Shown here piece after piece: positions 1 through 22,286 of a stretch of DNA of 64,000 nucleotides (the first letter of the stretch is position 1; each line of letters begins with the position of its first letter). Location of the stretch: positions 310,001 to 374,000 of the forward strand of contig NIVC01000884.1 in NCBI GenBank assembly GCA_002269645.1. Reading direction: 5' to 3'. The position numbers were made by a program, and so were the translations under genes. The stretch comes from Macrostomum lignano. Taxonomy: Eukaryota. Below the pieces are notes generated by a model. That model did not search any database. It was not told where the DNA came from and saw only the letters and a list, made by a program, of their open reading frames with translations.

Positions 1-3000
1 CAGAGAGTCAGTAGACACACAGAGAGTCAGTAGACACACAGAGAGTCAGTAGACACACAGAGAGTCAGTAGACACACAGAGCGTCAGTAGACACACAGAG
101 AGTCAGTAGACACACAGAGCGTCAGTAGACACACAGAGAGTCAGTAGACACACAGAGAGTCAGTAGACACACAGAGAGTCAGTAGACACACAGAGAGTCA
201 GTAGACACACAGAGAGTCAGTAGACACACAGAGAGTCAGTAGACACACAGAGAGTCAGTAGACACACAGAGAGTCAGTAGACACACAGAGAGTCAGTAGA
301 CACACAGAGAGTCAGTAGACACACAGAGAGTCAGTAGACACACAGAGAGTCAGTAGACACACAGAGAGTCAGTAGACACACAGAGCGTCAGTAGACACAC
401 AGAGAGTCAGTAGACACAGAGAGTCAGTAGACACAGAGAGTCAGTAGACACAGAGAGTCAGTAGACACAGAGAGTCAGTAGACACAGAGAGTCAGTAGAC
501 ACACAGAGAGTCAGTAGACACACAGAGAGTCAGTAGACACAGAGAGTCAGTAGACACAGAGAGTCAGTAGACACAGAGAGTCAGTAGACACAGAGAGTCA
601 GTAGACACACAGAGAGTCAGTAGACACAGAGAGTCAGTAGACACAGAGAGTCAGTAGACACAGAGAGTCAGTAGACACAGAGAGTCAGTAGACACAGAGA
701 GTCAGTAGACACAGAGAGTCAGTAGACACAGAGAGTCAGTAGACACAGAGAGTCAGTAGACACACAGAGAGTCAGTAGACACACAGAGAGTCAGTATACA
801 CACAGAGAGTCAGTAGACACACAGAGAGTCAGTAGACACACAGAGCGTCAGTAGACACACAGAGAGTCAGTAGACACAGAGAGTCAGTAGACACAGAGAG
901 TCAGTAGACACAGAGAGTCAGTAGACACAGAGAGTCAGTAGACACACAGAGCGTCAGTAGACACACAGAGAGTCAGTAGACACACAGAGAGTCAGTAGAC
1001 ACACAGAGAGTCAGTAGACACACAGAGAGTCAGTAGACACAGAGAGTCAGTAGACACAGAGAGTCAGTAGACACAGAGAGTCAGTAGACACAGAGAGTCA
1101 GTAGACACAGAGAGTCAGTAGACACAGAGAGTCAGTAGACACACAGAGAGTCAGTAGACACACAGAGAGTCAGTATACACACAGAGAGTCAGTAGACACA
1201 CAGAGCGTCAGTAGACACACAGAGAGTCAGTAGACACAGAGAGTCAGTAGACACAGAGAGTCAGTAGACACAGAGAGTCAGTAGACACAGAGAGTCAGTA
1301 GACACAGAGAGTCAGTAGACACACAGAGAGTCAGTAGACACACAGAGAGTCAGTAGACACACAGAGCGTCAGTAGACACACAGAGAGTCAGTAGACACAC
1401 AGAGCGTCAGTAGACACACAGAGAGTCAGTAGACACACAGAGCGTCAGTAGACACACAGAGAGTCAGTAGACACACAGAGAGTCAGTAGACACACAGAGC
1501 GTCAGTAGACACACAGAGAGTCAGTAGACACACAGAGAGTCAGTAGACACACAGAGCGTCAGTAGACACACAGAGAGTCAGTAGACACACAGAGAGTCAG
1601 TAGACACACAGAGAGTCAGTAGACACACAGAGAGTCAGTAGACACACAGAGAGTCAGTAGACACAGAGAGTCAGTAGACACACAGAGCGTCAGTAGACAC
1701 ACAGAGAGTCAGTAGACACACAGAGAGTCAGTAGACACACAGAGAGTCAGTAGACACACAGAGAGTCAGTAGACACACAGAGAGTCAGTAGACACACAGA
1801 GAGTCAGTAGACACACAGAGAGTCAGTAGACACACAGAGAGTCAGTAGACACAGAGAGTCAGTAGACACAGAGAGTCAGTAGACACACAGAGAGTCAGTA
1901 GACACACAGAGAGTCAGTAGACACACAGAGAGTCAGTAGACACACAGAGAGTCAGTAGACACACAGAGCGTCAGTAGACACACAGAGAGTCAGTAGACAC
2001 ACAGAGAGTCAGTAGACACACAGAGAGTCAGTAGACACACAGAGAGTCAGTAGACACACAGAGAGTCAGTAGACACACAGAGAGTCAGTAGACACACAGA
2101 GCGTCAGTAGACACACAGAGAGTCAGTAGACACACAGAGAGTCAGTAGACACACAGAGAGTCAGTAGACACACAGAGAGTCAGTAGACACACAGAGAGTC
2201 AGTAGACACACAGAGAGTCAGTAGACACAGAGAGTCAGTAGACACAGAGAGTCAGTAGACACAGAGAGTCAGTAGACACACAGAGAGTCAGTAGACACAC
2301 AGAGAGTCAGTAGACACACAGAGCGTCAGTAGACACACAGAGAGTCAGTAGACACACAGAGAGTCAGTAGACACACAGAGAGTCAGTAGACACACAGAGA
2401 GTCAGTAGACACACAGAGAGTCAGTAGACACACAGAGAGTCAGTAGACACAGAGAGTCAGTAGACACACAGAGAGTCAGTAGACACACAGAGAGTCAGTA
2501 GACACACAGAGAGTCAGTAGACACAGAGAGTCAGTAGACACAGAGAGTCAGTAGACACACAGAGAGTCAGTAGACACACAGAGAGTCAGTAGACACACAG
2601 AGAGTCAGTAGACACACAGAGAGTCAGTAGACACACAGAGAGTCAGTAGACACACAGAGCGTCAGTAGACACACAGAGAGTCAGTAGACACACAGAGCGT
2701 CAGTAGACACACAGAGAGTCAGTAGACACACAGAGAGTCAGTAGACACACAGAGAGTCAGTAGACACACAGAGCGTCAGTAGACACACAGAGAGTCAGTA
2801 GACACACAGAGAGTCAGTAGACACACAGAGAGTCAGTAGACACACAGAGAGTCAGTAGACACACAGAGCGTCAGTATACACACAGAGAGTCAGTAGACAC
2901 ACAGAGAGTCAGTAGACGCACAGAGAGTCAGTAGACACACAGAGAGTCAGTAGACACACAGAGAGTCAGTAGACACACAGAGCGTCAGTAGACACACAGA

Positions 3001-6000
3001 GAGTCAGTAGACACACAGAGAGTCAGTAGACACACAGAGAGTCAGTAGACACAGAGTCAGTAGACACAGAGTCAGTAGACACACAGAGAGTCAGTAGACA
3101 CACAGAGAGTCAGTAGACACACAGAGAGTCAGTAGACACACAGAGAGTCAGTAGACACACAGAGAGTCAGTAGACACACAGAGAGTCAGTAGACACACAG
3201 AGAGTCAGTAGACACACAGAGCGTCAGTAGACACACAGAGAGTCAGTAGACACACAGAGCGTCAGTAGACACACAGAGAGTCAGTAGACACACAGAGAGT
3301 CAGTAGACACACAGAGAGTCAGTAGACACACAGAGAGTCAGTAGACACAGAGTCAGTAGAGTACAGAGTCAGTAGACACACAGAGAGTCAGTAGACACAC
3401 AGAGAGTCAGTAGACACACAGAGAGTCAGTAGACACACAGAGAGTCAGTAGACACACAGAGAGTCAGTAGACACACAGAGAGTCAGTAGACACACAGAGC
3501 GTCAGTAGACACACAGAGAGTCAGTAGACACACAGAGAGTCAGTAGACACACAGAGAGTCAGTAGACACACAGAGAGTCAGTAGACACAGAGAGTCAGTA
3601 GACACAGAGAGTCAGTAGACACACAGAGAGTCAGTAGACACACAGAGAGTCAGTAGACACACAGAGAGTCAGTAGACACACAGAGAGTCAGTAGACACAC
3701 AGAGAGTCAGTAGACACACAGAGCGTCAGTAGACACACAGAGAGTCAGTAGACACACAGAGCGTCAGTAGACACACAGAGAGTCAGTAGACACACAGAGA
3801 GTCAGTAGACACACAGAGAGTCAGTAGACACACAGAGAGTCAGTAGACACACAGAGAGTCAGTAGACACACAGAGAGTCAGTAGACACACAGAGAGTCAG
3901 TAGACACACAGAGAGTCAGTAGACACACAGAGAGTCAGTAGACACACAGAGAGTCAGTAGACACACAGAGAGTCAGTAGACACACAGAGAGTCAGTAGAC
4001 ACACAGAGAGTCAGTAGACACACAGAGAGTCAGTAGACACACAGAGAGTCAGTAGACACACAGAGAGTCAGTAGACACACAGAGAGTCAGTAGACACACA
4101 GAGAGTCAGTAGACACAGAGTCAGTAGACACAGAGTCAGTAGACACACAGAGAGTCAGTAGACACACAGAGAGTCAGTAGACACACAGAGAGTCAGTAGA
4201 CACACAGAGAGTCAGTAGACACACAGAGAGTCAGTAGACACACAGAGAGTCAGTAGACACACAGAGAGTCAGTAGACACACAGTCAGTAGACGTACAGAG
4301 AGTCAGTAGACACACAGAGAGTCAGTAGACACAGAGTCAGTAGAGTACAGCGAGTCAGTAGACACACAGAGAGTCAGTAGACACACAGAGAGTCAGTAGA
4401 CACACAGAGAGTCAGTAGACACACAGAGAGTCAGTAGACACACAGAGAGTCAGTATACACACAGAGAGTCAGTAGACACACAGAGCGTCAGTAGACACAC
4501 AGAGAGTCAGTAGACACACAGAGAGTCAGTAGACACACAGAGAGTCAGTAGACACACAGAGAGTCAGTAGACACAGAGAGTCAGTAGACACACAGAGAGT
4601 CAGTAGACACACAGAGAGTCAGTAGACACACAGAGAGTCAGTAGACACACAGAGAGTCAGTAGACACACAGAGAGTCAGTAGACACACAGAGAGTCAGTA
4701 GACACACAGAGAGTCAGTAGACACACAGAGAGTCAGTAGACACACAGAGAGTCAGTAGACACACAGAGAGTCAGTAGACACACAGAGAGTCAGTAGACAC
4801 ACAGAGAGTCAGTAGACACACAGAGAGTCAGTAGACACACAGAGAGTCAGTAGACACACAGAGAGTCAGTAGACACACAGAGAGTCAGTAGACACACAGA
4901 GAGTCAGTAGACACACAGAGAGTCAGTAGACACACAGAGAGTCAGTAGACACACAGAGAGTCAGTAGACACACAGAGAGTCAGTAGACACACAGAGAGTC
5001 AGTAGACACACAGAGAGTCAGTAGACACACAGAGAGTCAGTAGACACACAGAGAGTCAGTAGACACACAGAGAGTCAGTAGACACACAGAGAGTCAGTAG
5101 ACACACAGAGAGTCAGTAGACACACAGAGAGTCAGTAGACACACAGAGAGTCAGTAGACACACAGAGAGTCAGTAGACACACAGAGAGTCAGTAGACACA
5201 CAGAGAGTCAGTAGACACACAGAGAGTCAGTAGACACACAGAGAGTCAGTAGACACACAGAGAGTCAGTAGACACACAGAGAGTCAGTAGACACACAGAG
5301 AGTCAGTAGACACACAGAGCGTCAGTAGACACACAGAGAGTCAGTAGACACACAGAGAGTCAGTAGACACACAGAGAGTCAGTAGACACACAGAGCGTCA
5401 GTAGACACACAGAGAGTCAGTAGACACACAGAGAGTCAGTAGACACACAGAGAGTCAGTAGACACACAGAGAGTCAGTAGACACACAGAGAGTCAGTAGA
5501 CACACAGAGAGTCAGTAGACACACAGAGAGTCAGTAGACACACAGAGAGTCAGTAGACACACAGAGAGTCAGTAGACACACAGAGAGTCAGTAGACACAC
5601 AGAGAGTCAGTAGACACACAGAGAGTCAGTAGACACACAGAGAGTCAGTAGACACACAGAGAGTCAGTAGAGTACAGCGAGTCAGTAGACACACAGAGAG
5701 TCAGTAGACACACAGAGAGTCAGTAGACACACAGAGAGTCAGTAGACACACAGAGAGTCAGTAGACACACAGAGAGTCAGTAGACACACAGAGAGTCAGT
5801 AGACACACAGAGAGTCAGTAGACACACAGAGAGTCAGTAGACACACAGAGAGTCAGTAGACACACAGAGAGTCAGTAGACACACAGAGAGTCAGTAGACA
5901 CACAGAGCGTCAGTAGACACACAGAGAGTCAGTAGACACACAGAGAGTCAGTAGACACACAGAGAGTCAGTAGACACACAGAGAGTCAGTAGACACACAG

Positions 6001-6671
6001 AGAGTCAGTAGACACACAGAGAGTCAGTAGACACACAGAGAGTCAGTAGACACACAGAGAGTCAGTAGACACACAGAGAGTCAGTAGACACACAGAGAGT
6101 CAGTAGACACACAGAGAGTCAGTAGACACACAGAGAGTCAGTAGACACACAGAGAGTCAGTAGACACACAAAGTCAGTAGACACACAGAGAGTCAGTAGA
6201 CACAGAGTCAGTAGAGTACAGCGAGTCAGTAGACACACAGAGAGTCAGTAGACACACAGAGAGTCAGTAGACACACAGAGAGTCAGTAGACACACAGAGA
6301 GTCAGTAGACACACAGAGAGTCAGTAGACACACAGAGCGTCAGTAGACACACAGAGAGTCAGTAGACACACAGAGCGTCAGTATACACACAGAGAGTCAG
6401 TAGACACACAGAGAGTCAGTAGACACACAGAGAGTCAGTAGACACACAGAGAGTCAGTAGACACACAGAGAGTCAGTAGACACACAGAGAGTCAGTAGAC
6501 ACACAGAGAGTCAGTAGACACACAGAGAGTCAGTAGACACACAGAGAGTCAGTAGACACACAGAGAGTCAGTAGACACACAGAGAGTCAGTAGACACACA
6601 GAGAGTCAGTAGACACACAGAGAGTCAGTAGACACACAGAGATTCAGTAGACACACAGAGAGTCAGTAGAC
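1..6671 (+). repeat. Large tandem satellite, 19-bp unit AGAGAGTCAGTAGACACAC (17- and 15-bp variants lacking CA/GA); runs off the window start
   Basis: Period 19 read directly (units start at 2, 21, 40, 59); no unique spacers. Confidence 0.99.
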
Positions 6672-7267
6672 AATAATTCTCTCGGTGCATAAATGTTTCT
6701 ATTTGTCTTTTTGCTTTCCTATTTCTGCAGCTCCTCCAGCACAGGTCGAACCTCAGTTAACCGCTGGGTTTCCAGCCTCTTTATTAGTCTTCCTCCTGCT
6801 AGCAGAGTCGTTCTGCCTCGCCGCAGGCCAGCAGGGTGCACAGGCGAGCATTTTGTCGAAAGCCTACTCAAGTAGAATTTCGACTCTCGTGCACCCAACC
6901 CGTCTGGCGCTGCCGAGGAGAATTTTGCTCCGCAGTCTTGACCCCCCTAGCGCGGTTGAGAATGAGGTCAACGAAAGAAACTAGGAAACAGTTGAGCAGT
7001 CATGTGAATTTCTATTTGCCCTCTCTGACCGGGGCCGGGGAGGAATGGGGTGGGATACGAGCTCCATCTGAACCCAGCCTTCACAAAGCCCCCAAGAACC
7101 CTACAGATTATATTTTCCGAGGCCGATGACTAAAATTTGCCAACCATAAATAATTCAGCCGTTTTGGCCGGAGCTGTGCCACGGTTTGAGCAAATTTGAG
7201 AAACTGCTGCGGACCGAGCATTTAGGCAAACATTGGTGATGTGTCCGAGCTGACCGAACCTCTGACT

Positions 7268-8083
7268 TTGTCTACTGACTCTCTGTGACTACTGACTCTG
7301 TGTCTACTGACTCACTGTGTCTACTGACTCTCTGTGACTACTGACTCTCTGTGTGTCTACTGACTCTCTGTGACTACTGACTCTCTGTGTCTACTGACTC
7401 TCTGTGACTACTGACTCTCTGTGTGTCTACTGACGCTCTGTGTGTCTACTGACTCTCTGTGACTACTGACTCTCTGTGACTACTGACTCTGTGTGTGTCT
7501 ACTGACGCTCTGTGTGTCTACTGACTCTCTGTGTGTCTACTGACTCTCTGTGTGTCTACTGACTCTCTGTGTGTCTACTGACTCTCTGTGTGTCTACTGA
7601 CTCTCTGTGTGTCTACTGACTCTCTGTGACTACTGACTCTCTGTGACTACTGACTCTCTGTGTCTACTGACTCTCTGTGTCTACTGACTCTCTGTGTCTA
7701 CTGACTCTCTGTGTGTCTACTGACGCTCTGTGTGTCTACTGACTCTCTGTGTCTACTGACTCTCTTTGTCTACTGACTCTCTGTGTCTACTGACTCTCTG
7801 TGTGTCTACTGACTCTCTTTGTCTACTGACTCTCTTTGTCTACTGACTCTCTGTGTCTACTGACTCTCTGTGTCTACTGACTCTCTGTGTCTACTGACTC
7901 TCTGTGTCTACTGACTCTCTTTGTCTACTGACTCTCTTTGTCTACTGACTCTCTTTGTCTACTGACTCTCTTTGTCTACTGACTCTCTGTGTCTACTGAC
8001 TCTCTGTATCTGCTGACTCTCTGTGACTACTGACTCTCTGTGTCTACTGACTCTCTGTGTCTACTGACTCTCTGTGAGTACTG
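7268..8083 (-). repeat. Same 17/19-bp satellite in inverted orientation (GTGTCTACTGACTCTCT)
   Basis: Reverse complement of the 1-6671 unit, separated from it by about 600 bp of unique sequence. Confidence 0.97.
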
Positions 8084-10545
8084 TTGGGATTGAATAAAAC
8101 AAGATGGCAACTTTTTGAAAGCGACCTACTTCAGTTTATTTTGCACACAGTTTGTCGAGAAGTTCGCTGTAATTGCAGCTTTAGTGCCATTTCAAAGTCC
8201 ACAATTTTCCATGGCTGCAACCATGCGAACTTGTCTGGTGCCCAGCCTGCATCTCAAAGCGGAACCAGACTCGTCTGAGTTAAACAGCAGCTCATGCAGG
8301 GATTATTTTCCCATTCCCAGCAATATTGTTCTGTTTATTTTTTTTACCAAGAGAAGCCCTCCGCTTGCAGGAGAAATGGGAAGCTGGCCCGAGGGAGGGA
8401 GGGATGGGGGTTAGGGAGAAGGTTGAAGTTGGGGGATCGACGGGATGAGGGAGGGAAGCTGAAGAGAGAAGGCGCTGGGCCCCGGCAATTCCCCAATGGC
8501 GAATCCCTCAGGCTATAGGCAAGTGGAATGCCCCAGCTCTATAGGCAAGGGGGATATACTTTCGAACTCAAATCACGAAGACTCAAAGAGTATAGAGGCC
8601 GTTCTCTGCCCACTCCACTCTGCCCAATCGCTAAATCTTGGACTTTTCTCTCTCTCTCTTCCTCCCCTCCTCGCTAGAATAGAATTTTTCCAACGTGGAA
8701 GAAAGCTGGTTTGAGGAAGGAGTGGGGGCGGCTATACTAGCTAGATCTCTGAGCCGGGAAATCTCTGGCGGATGGGTTGGAGTAGAACTGGGAGCGATCT
8801 AGTGCATAAGGATGGAGCACATATGTGTATAACTGTGCCGGTTTTATGCATTTAGTCTTGTGTTAGCTATAGCCATGTATTGCCAATTTGAGAAAATTTC
8901 TTCGGGAAGAAAAACCCATCGGGAGCATCCATCGCTTCAGTATGAACCAGTTTTCTTTTTTTCCGATGACCCTGACACTTGTTGTAACCATCTTGTTGGT
9001 TACTGCTTAACTTTCGGGGGATATTAAATCCAATAAATTGCATGTACTTGTCGACATTTACCGTTATTAATATTATTTTCGAGATAAAATTTAAATTTGA
9101 GTAAATAAGAAGTATTAAAACTAATTCGCAAAATTATTTTAATCGTGACACTCAAGTTAACTTTAATTAATTTAAGTACATTTACTTTACTAATACACAG
9201 AGATTACGATAGATGAGTACGAGCTATTCCGCATTGAGTATTAATATTTACGTTTGATATAGCTACTATATTTTGTCTAGTGTTTTTTAATTCGCATATA
9301 GAAAATATAATCTGAAGGTGTTGTTAATAGAAGTCTTTCTGATTTCTTAATAATTGGTTATAATAGTATTCATAAATTTTTATTTGTCATTTTAGAATAT
9401 TTCTTTTTTAGAATTTTAGCTATATCGTACGTAATATAAACATTACCTTACCATTGAACCATTTTTATGCAGAAAATTATGAGAATTTTGAAATTATAAC
9501 TACAAAAGCTATACGTATTGTAATTAAAGGGTTTTTAAATCCGTATTTAATAGAAAAAGTCAGCAATTAAATTAGTCGAGTGGTGCCATGCATTTTCGAA
9601 CAGTTTTTCCGCTCTCCGATGGCTTATAAAATACCGGAATATGTTGGGTTTTCTCAATATTCTTGGACAATTAAAAAAATGGTGATTTTTCCTCGTGCAG
9701 CTGTCTGGCTTTCATAGTTTGAAGTAACTCATGTAATTCCACATAATTAAGAAAGATAATTAAGTTATTAAATAATACGCTCAATACGACCCTTTAAAGC
9801 AAATGAAATGTGTATAAATACTGTATTTAAGTATATACACAGCATTATTAGATTAACATGTTACATTCGCAAAAATATACCAGATATATTTTGTTAAAAG
9901 CAGTTAAAATATTCGCAAAAATTCAAATTATCCCAAATTCACATTCGCGTTCGAAGATTCAAGATCAAAGACGATCGAAGTGCACCTCGCGGCGGTCGCG
10001 TGGGAGAGAGAGATGTCGAGGCGCGAAAACAGAATATATAAAAAATATTTCTAGCCAGCAGCCATATGCAGATAAACAGGATGCCGCGAGATGACCGTCA
10101 ACAGAGCTAGAGTTTTCCTTCCCGCACCCAGTCTGTCTGCCTGTCAGGCAACATTCCTACAAGCTTTGGCGGGAAAGGGATGGGATATAGCTAGTCTAGT
10201 GTAGGCGGTCTAGAATAATCGCCCGACCCTCTCCTCGTGGCTGCACCTTACCGCGAGTCCCATCGATTATTAGCTTTTGAAACAGGCAACAGCTTTTACA
10301 ATAATAGCGCAGCTAGTATTCTCTTTGCAATCAAAGGCGAGCGCATAGTGTGTATGCAGTAGCCGCATTGCAGACTGACAAGCCATATCATAGCTATCCA
10401 GAAATTGTCTGCACCCAAACATCAAAGCATGGTGAATCCGTATTTATAACAGTACTATTTAGTATTTCCAAATCTTTGTTTAATAACACAAAGTGTAATC
10501 TAAATGTAAAATACATGGGAATTAGCGACAACTTGAAGGTACCAG

Positions 10546-10745
10546 TTTAGTCTCATTAAGGACAGGTATAGTCTCACTTAGGACACATTTAGTCTCACTA
10601 AGGACGCGTTTAGTCTCATTTAGAACTCATGTAGTCTCATTTAGGACACGTTTAATTTCATTTAGGATACGTTTAGTCTCATTTAGGACACGTTTAGTCT
10701 CACTAAGGACACGTTAAGTCTCATTTAGGACGCGTTTAATCTCAT
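10546..10745. repeat. Short 21-bp minisatellite (TTTAGTCTCATTTAGGACACG)
   Basis: About 9 imperfect copies just upstream of the acceptor at 10829. Confidence 0.85.
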
Positions 10746-10829
10746 ACTATAAAAGTACAATAGCTTGCAAGTTTTGTAATTTATAGATTTTCCTGGCTCA
10801 AAACCCAACCTATTTCATTCTTACCACAG

Positions 10830-18249
<7,420 letters not shown>

Positions 18250-18464
18250 AGCTCTGTCCGCGCCTAGCAACCCAGCTGTAACTCTCCTCCTCTCCGAATG
18301 AAGCTCTTGCCAAACTTATTGTTACAAATTTTATTCGACTGGGCAAGTTATATAGGGACCCGAAAAACTTATTTGGGAATTTTATGGAAGTTTCAATGGT
18401 AATTTTAGGGATTTTTATAATATTCGTTGAAATTCCTTGGGATGTTGCTAGCGATTATGAGTTT

Positions 18465-19215
18465 TCCTTGGGATCTTGACCCAGGTTTCCAAATATGGGA
18501 AATCCTTGGGATCTTGACCCAGGCCTAAATATGGGAAATCTTTTGGGATCTTGACCCAGGCCTCGAAATATGGGAAATCCTTGGGATCTTGACCCAGGCC
18601 TCGAAATATAGGAAATCCTTGGGATCTTGACCCAGGCCTCCAAATATGGGAAATTCTTGGGATCTTGACCCAGGCCTCGAAATATGGGAAATCCTTGGGA
18701 TCTTGACCCAGGCCTCTAAATATGGGAAATCCTTTGGGATCTTGACCCAGGCTTCCAATATGGGAAATCCTTAGGGATCTTGACCCAGGTTTCCAAATAT
18801 GGGAAATCCTTGGGATCTTGACCCAGGCCTAAATATGGGAAATCTTTTGGGATCTTGACCCAGGTTTCCAAATATGGGAAATCCTTTGGGATCTTGACCC
18901 AAGCCTCCAAATATGGGAAATCTTTTGGGATCTTGACTCAAGCCTCGAAATATGGGAAATCCTTTGGGATCTTGACCCAGGCCTCGAAATATGGGAAATT
19001 CTTGGGATCTTGACCCAGGCCTCGAAATATGGGAAATCCTTGGGATCTTGACCCAGGCCTCTAAATATGGGAAATCCTTTGGGATCTTGACCCAGGCTTC
19101 CAAATATGGGAAATCCTTGGGATCTTGACCCAGGCCTAAATATGGGAAATCTTTTGGGATCTTGACCCATGCCTCGAAATATGGGAAATCCTTTTGGATC
19201 TTGACCTAGGCCTCT
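18465..19215. repeat. 38-39-bp minisatellite TTGGGATCTTGACCCAGGCCTCGAAATATGGGAAATCC
   Basis: Direct reading. Confidence 0.96.
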
Positions 19216-19653
19216 AAACTCATATTCTACGGATGCATCTCGGTATGACTATGACACCGAAAACCCGTTTAATTTTTGTTAAAACCTGAATTTGATTATA
19301 ACTCAAAATTTTATAGTTTTATTTGTCTCTTCAAATTACCATTTAAAAAATAACCAAATTCATTATTACATACTCGTATTTAAACACCTTCATATGCGTA
19401 GTAGATTTGTCTTAGTTTCCATCTGTTCGGATATGAAATTTCAGACTTGTTTATCTATCTGGCTTTGCTGTCTGTCTGCGCTTGATGACTAAATTTTGGC
19501 ACAGATTGGGTTTTCTAACTTTGCTTGCATTTCTCTGCTTTAAACTTCTCCTGTGGGGCGACATTGTTTCTGAGGAATTTTTTTGATTCTAGGCGTTTTT
19601 GAGCCATGGCTGAAGGCTACTTTGAAAACTGTAAAAGTTCAATGAATTTTAAT

Positions 19654-20177
19654 TGGGATCTTGACTCACCTTAGCTGATCATGTTGGGATCTTGACTCAC
19701 CTTAGCTGATCATGTTGGGATCTTGACTCACCTTAGCTGATCAATTGGGATCTTGACTCACCTTAGCTGATCATGTTGGGATCTTGACTCGCCTTAGCTG
19801 ATCAATTGGGATCTTGACTCACCTTAGCTGATCATGTTGGGATCTTGACTCGCCTTAGCTGATCAATTGGGATCTTGACTCGCCTTAGCTGATCAATTGG
19901 GATCTTGACTCGCCTTAGCTGATCAATTGGGATCTTGACTCGCCTTAGCTGATCATGTTGGGATCTTGACTCACCTTAGCTGATCATGTTGGGATCTTGA
20001 CTCACCTTAGCTGATCAATTGGGATCTTGACTCACCTTAGCTGATCATGTTCACTCACTTTAGCTGATCAAGGCGGATCTTGACTCGCCTTAGCTGATCA
20101 ATTGGGATCTTGACTCACCTTAACTGATCATGTTGGGATTTTGACTCGCCTTAGCTGATCATGTTGGGATTTTGACT
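19654..20177. repeat. 30-31-bp minisatellite TTGGGATCTTGACTCACCTTAGCTGATCATG
   Basis: Direct reading. Confidence 0.96.
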
Positions 20178-20929
20178 TCAAAAGTATTTCTGGGAAAGTG
20201 AAGTCAGGTAAATTCCACCTGAAAAGAAAAATGCTGCAAGATGGCGTGTGTTAAACACAAAAAAAATTCATAAGTATTCTCACAAATAATCAATATTTTA
20301 CCTGTTTGTGCGATCATTTACGTCGCTACATTGCTGAACTTGATAAAATAAATTTATATTTAGACGTACAGAACGTATTTTGCCTCAAAGTCGATTTACT
20401 TATATTAGTTCTAAGATTGTTGCAAATGACATTTATTCTGACACAGATTGCGCCACCAATGTTTCAACTCGTCGCTCTTCGCTAATCTTTGCTGCACTCG
20501 ATAGTCTATATTTTTCCAAGCTATTTATACATACATATATAATATACATATATATGGTATTGAACACACAATGTCCCTGTGCAATGTGTCGACAATGTTG
20601 CAGTTTAATTCCTTTGGTGTCCAACATTCTTCATTAGCAATAATGTTTTTTTATTGTTACAATAACAAGAATACGAGACATGTACTATTTTAGCTACTGG
20701 TCACGAGTAGTCTTCGCCGCAACATTTACTGATAATTATATTTCATTGAATTTGACCGTTCGGGCAATGCGTTACAAGCGGTAACATACGAGTGTATACT
20801 GTGTGTTCAACAGTAGATTGAAGACTTTTGTGAAGTAAATGAAGTTTTACTATGAATTTCTCAAAAAAGAAGAACAAGATGCGTATTTGACCTTTTCTTT
20901 ACTGCTTTGTGATTGTTTTTAGTGTGAGA

Positions 20930-22286
20930 TCATGAGTAAGTTAATGAGTGAGTTAATGAGTGAGTTTATGAGTTCATGAGTGAGTTTAGGAGTTCATGCG
21001 TGAGTTAGTTATGAGTGAGTTAGTTATGAGTTCATGCGTGAGTTAGTTAGGAGTTCATGAGTGAGTTAGTTATGAGTTCATGAGTGAGTTTTAGTTAGGA
21101 GTTCATGAGTGAGTTAGTTATGAGTTCATGCGTGAGTTAGTTATGAGTTCATGAGTGAGTTAGTTATGAGTTCATGCGTGAGTTAGTCATGAGTTCATGA
21201 GTGAGTTAGTTATGAGTTCATGAGTGAGTTAGTTATGAGTTCATGCGTGAGTTAGTTATGAGTTCATGAGTGAGTTAGTTATGAGTTCATGAGTGAGTTA
21301 GTTATGAGTTCATGAGTGAGTTAGTTGTGAGTTCATGAGTGAGTTAGTTATGAGTTCATGAGTGAGTTAGTTAGGAGTTCATGAGTGAGTTAGTTATGAG
21401 TTCATGAGTGAGTTAGTTAGGAGTTCATGAGTGAGTTAGTCATGAGTTCATGAGTGAGTTAGTTATGAGTTCATGAGTGAGTTAGTTAGGAGTTCATGAG
21501 TGAGTTAGTTATGAGTTCATGAGTGAGTTAGTTATGAGTTCATGAGTGAGTTAGTTATGAGTTCATGAGTGAGTTAGTTAGGAGTTCATGAGTGAGTTAG
21601 TTATGAGTTCATGAGTGAGTTAGTTATGAGTTCATGAGTGAGTTAGTTGTGAGTTCATGAGTGAGTTAGTCATGAGTTCATGAGTGAGTTTAGGTGTTCA
21701 TGAGTAAGTTAGTTATATGAGTTCATGAGTGAGTTAGTCATGAGTTCATGAGTGAGTTAGTCATGAGTTCATGAGTGAGTTTAGGAGTTCATGAGTGAGT
21801 TAGTTATGAGTTCATGAGTGAGTTAGTCATGAGTTCATGAGTGAGTTTAGGAGTTCATGCGTGAGTTAGTTATGAGTTCATGAGTGAGTTAGTTAGGAGT
21901 TCATGAGTGAGTTAGTTAGGAGTTCATGAGTGAGTTAGTTAGGAGTTCATGAGTGAGTTTAGGAGTTCGTGAGTGAGTTAGTTATGAGTTCATGCGTGAG
22001 TTAGTTATGAGTTCATGAGTGAGTTAGTTATGAGTTCATGAGTGAGTTAGTCATGAGTTCATGAGTGAGTTTAGGAGTTCGTGAGTGAGTTAGTTATGAG
22101 TTCATGCGTGAGTTAGTTAGGAGTTCATGAGTGAGTTAGTTAGGAGTTCATGAGTTAGTTAGGAGTTCATGAGTGAGTTAGTTAGGAGTTCATGAGTGAG
22201 TTTAGGAGTTCGTGAGTGAGTTAGTTATGAGTTCATGAGTGAGTTAGTTATGAGTTCATGAGTGAGTTAGTTGTGAGTTCATGAGT
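20930..22286. repeat. About 23-bp minisatellite GAGTTCATGAGTGAGTTAGTTAT
   Basis: Direct reading. Confidence 0.97.

Noticed and set aside
1-6671. CRISPR array
   Set aside because: Units are contiguous with no unique spacers, there are no cas genes, and the context is eukaryotic. The same holds for all other arrays.
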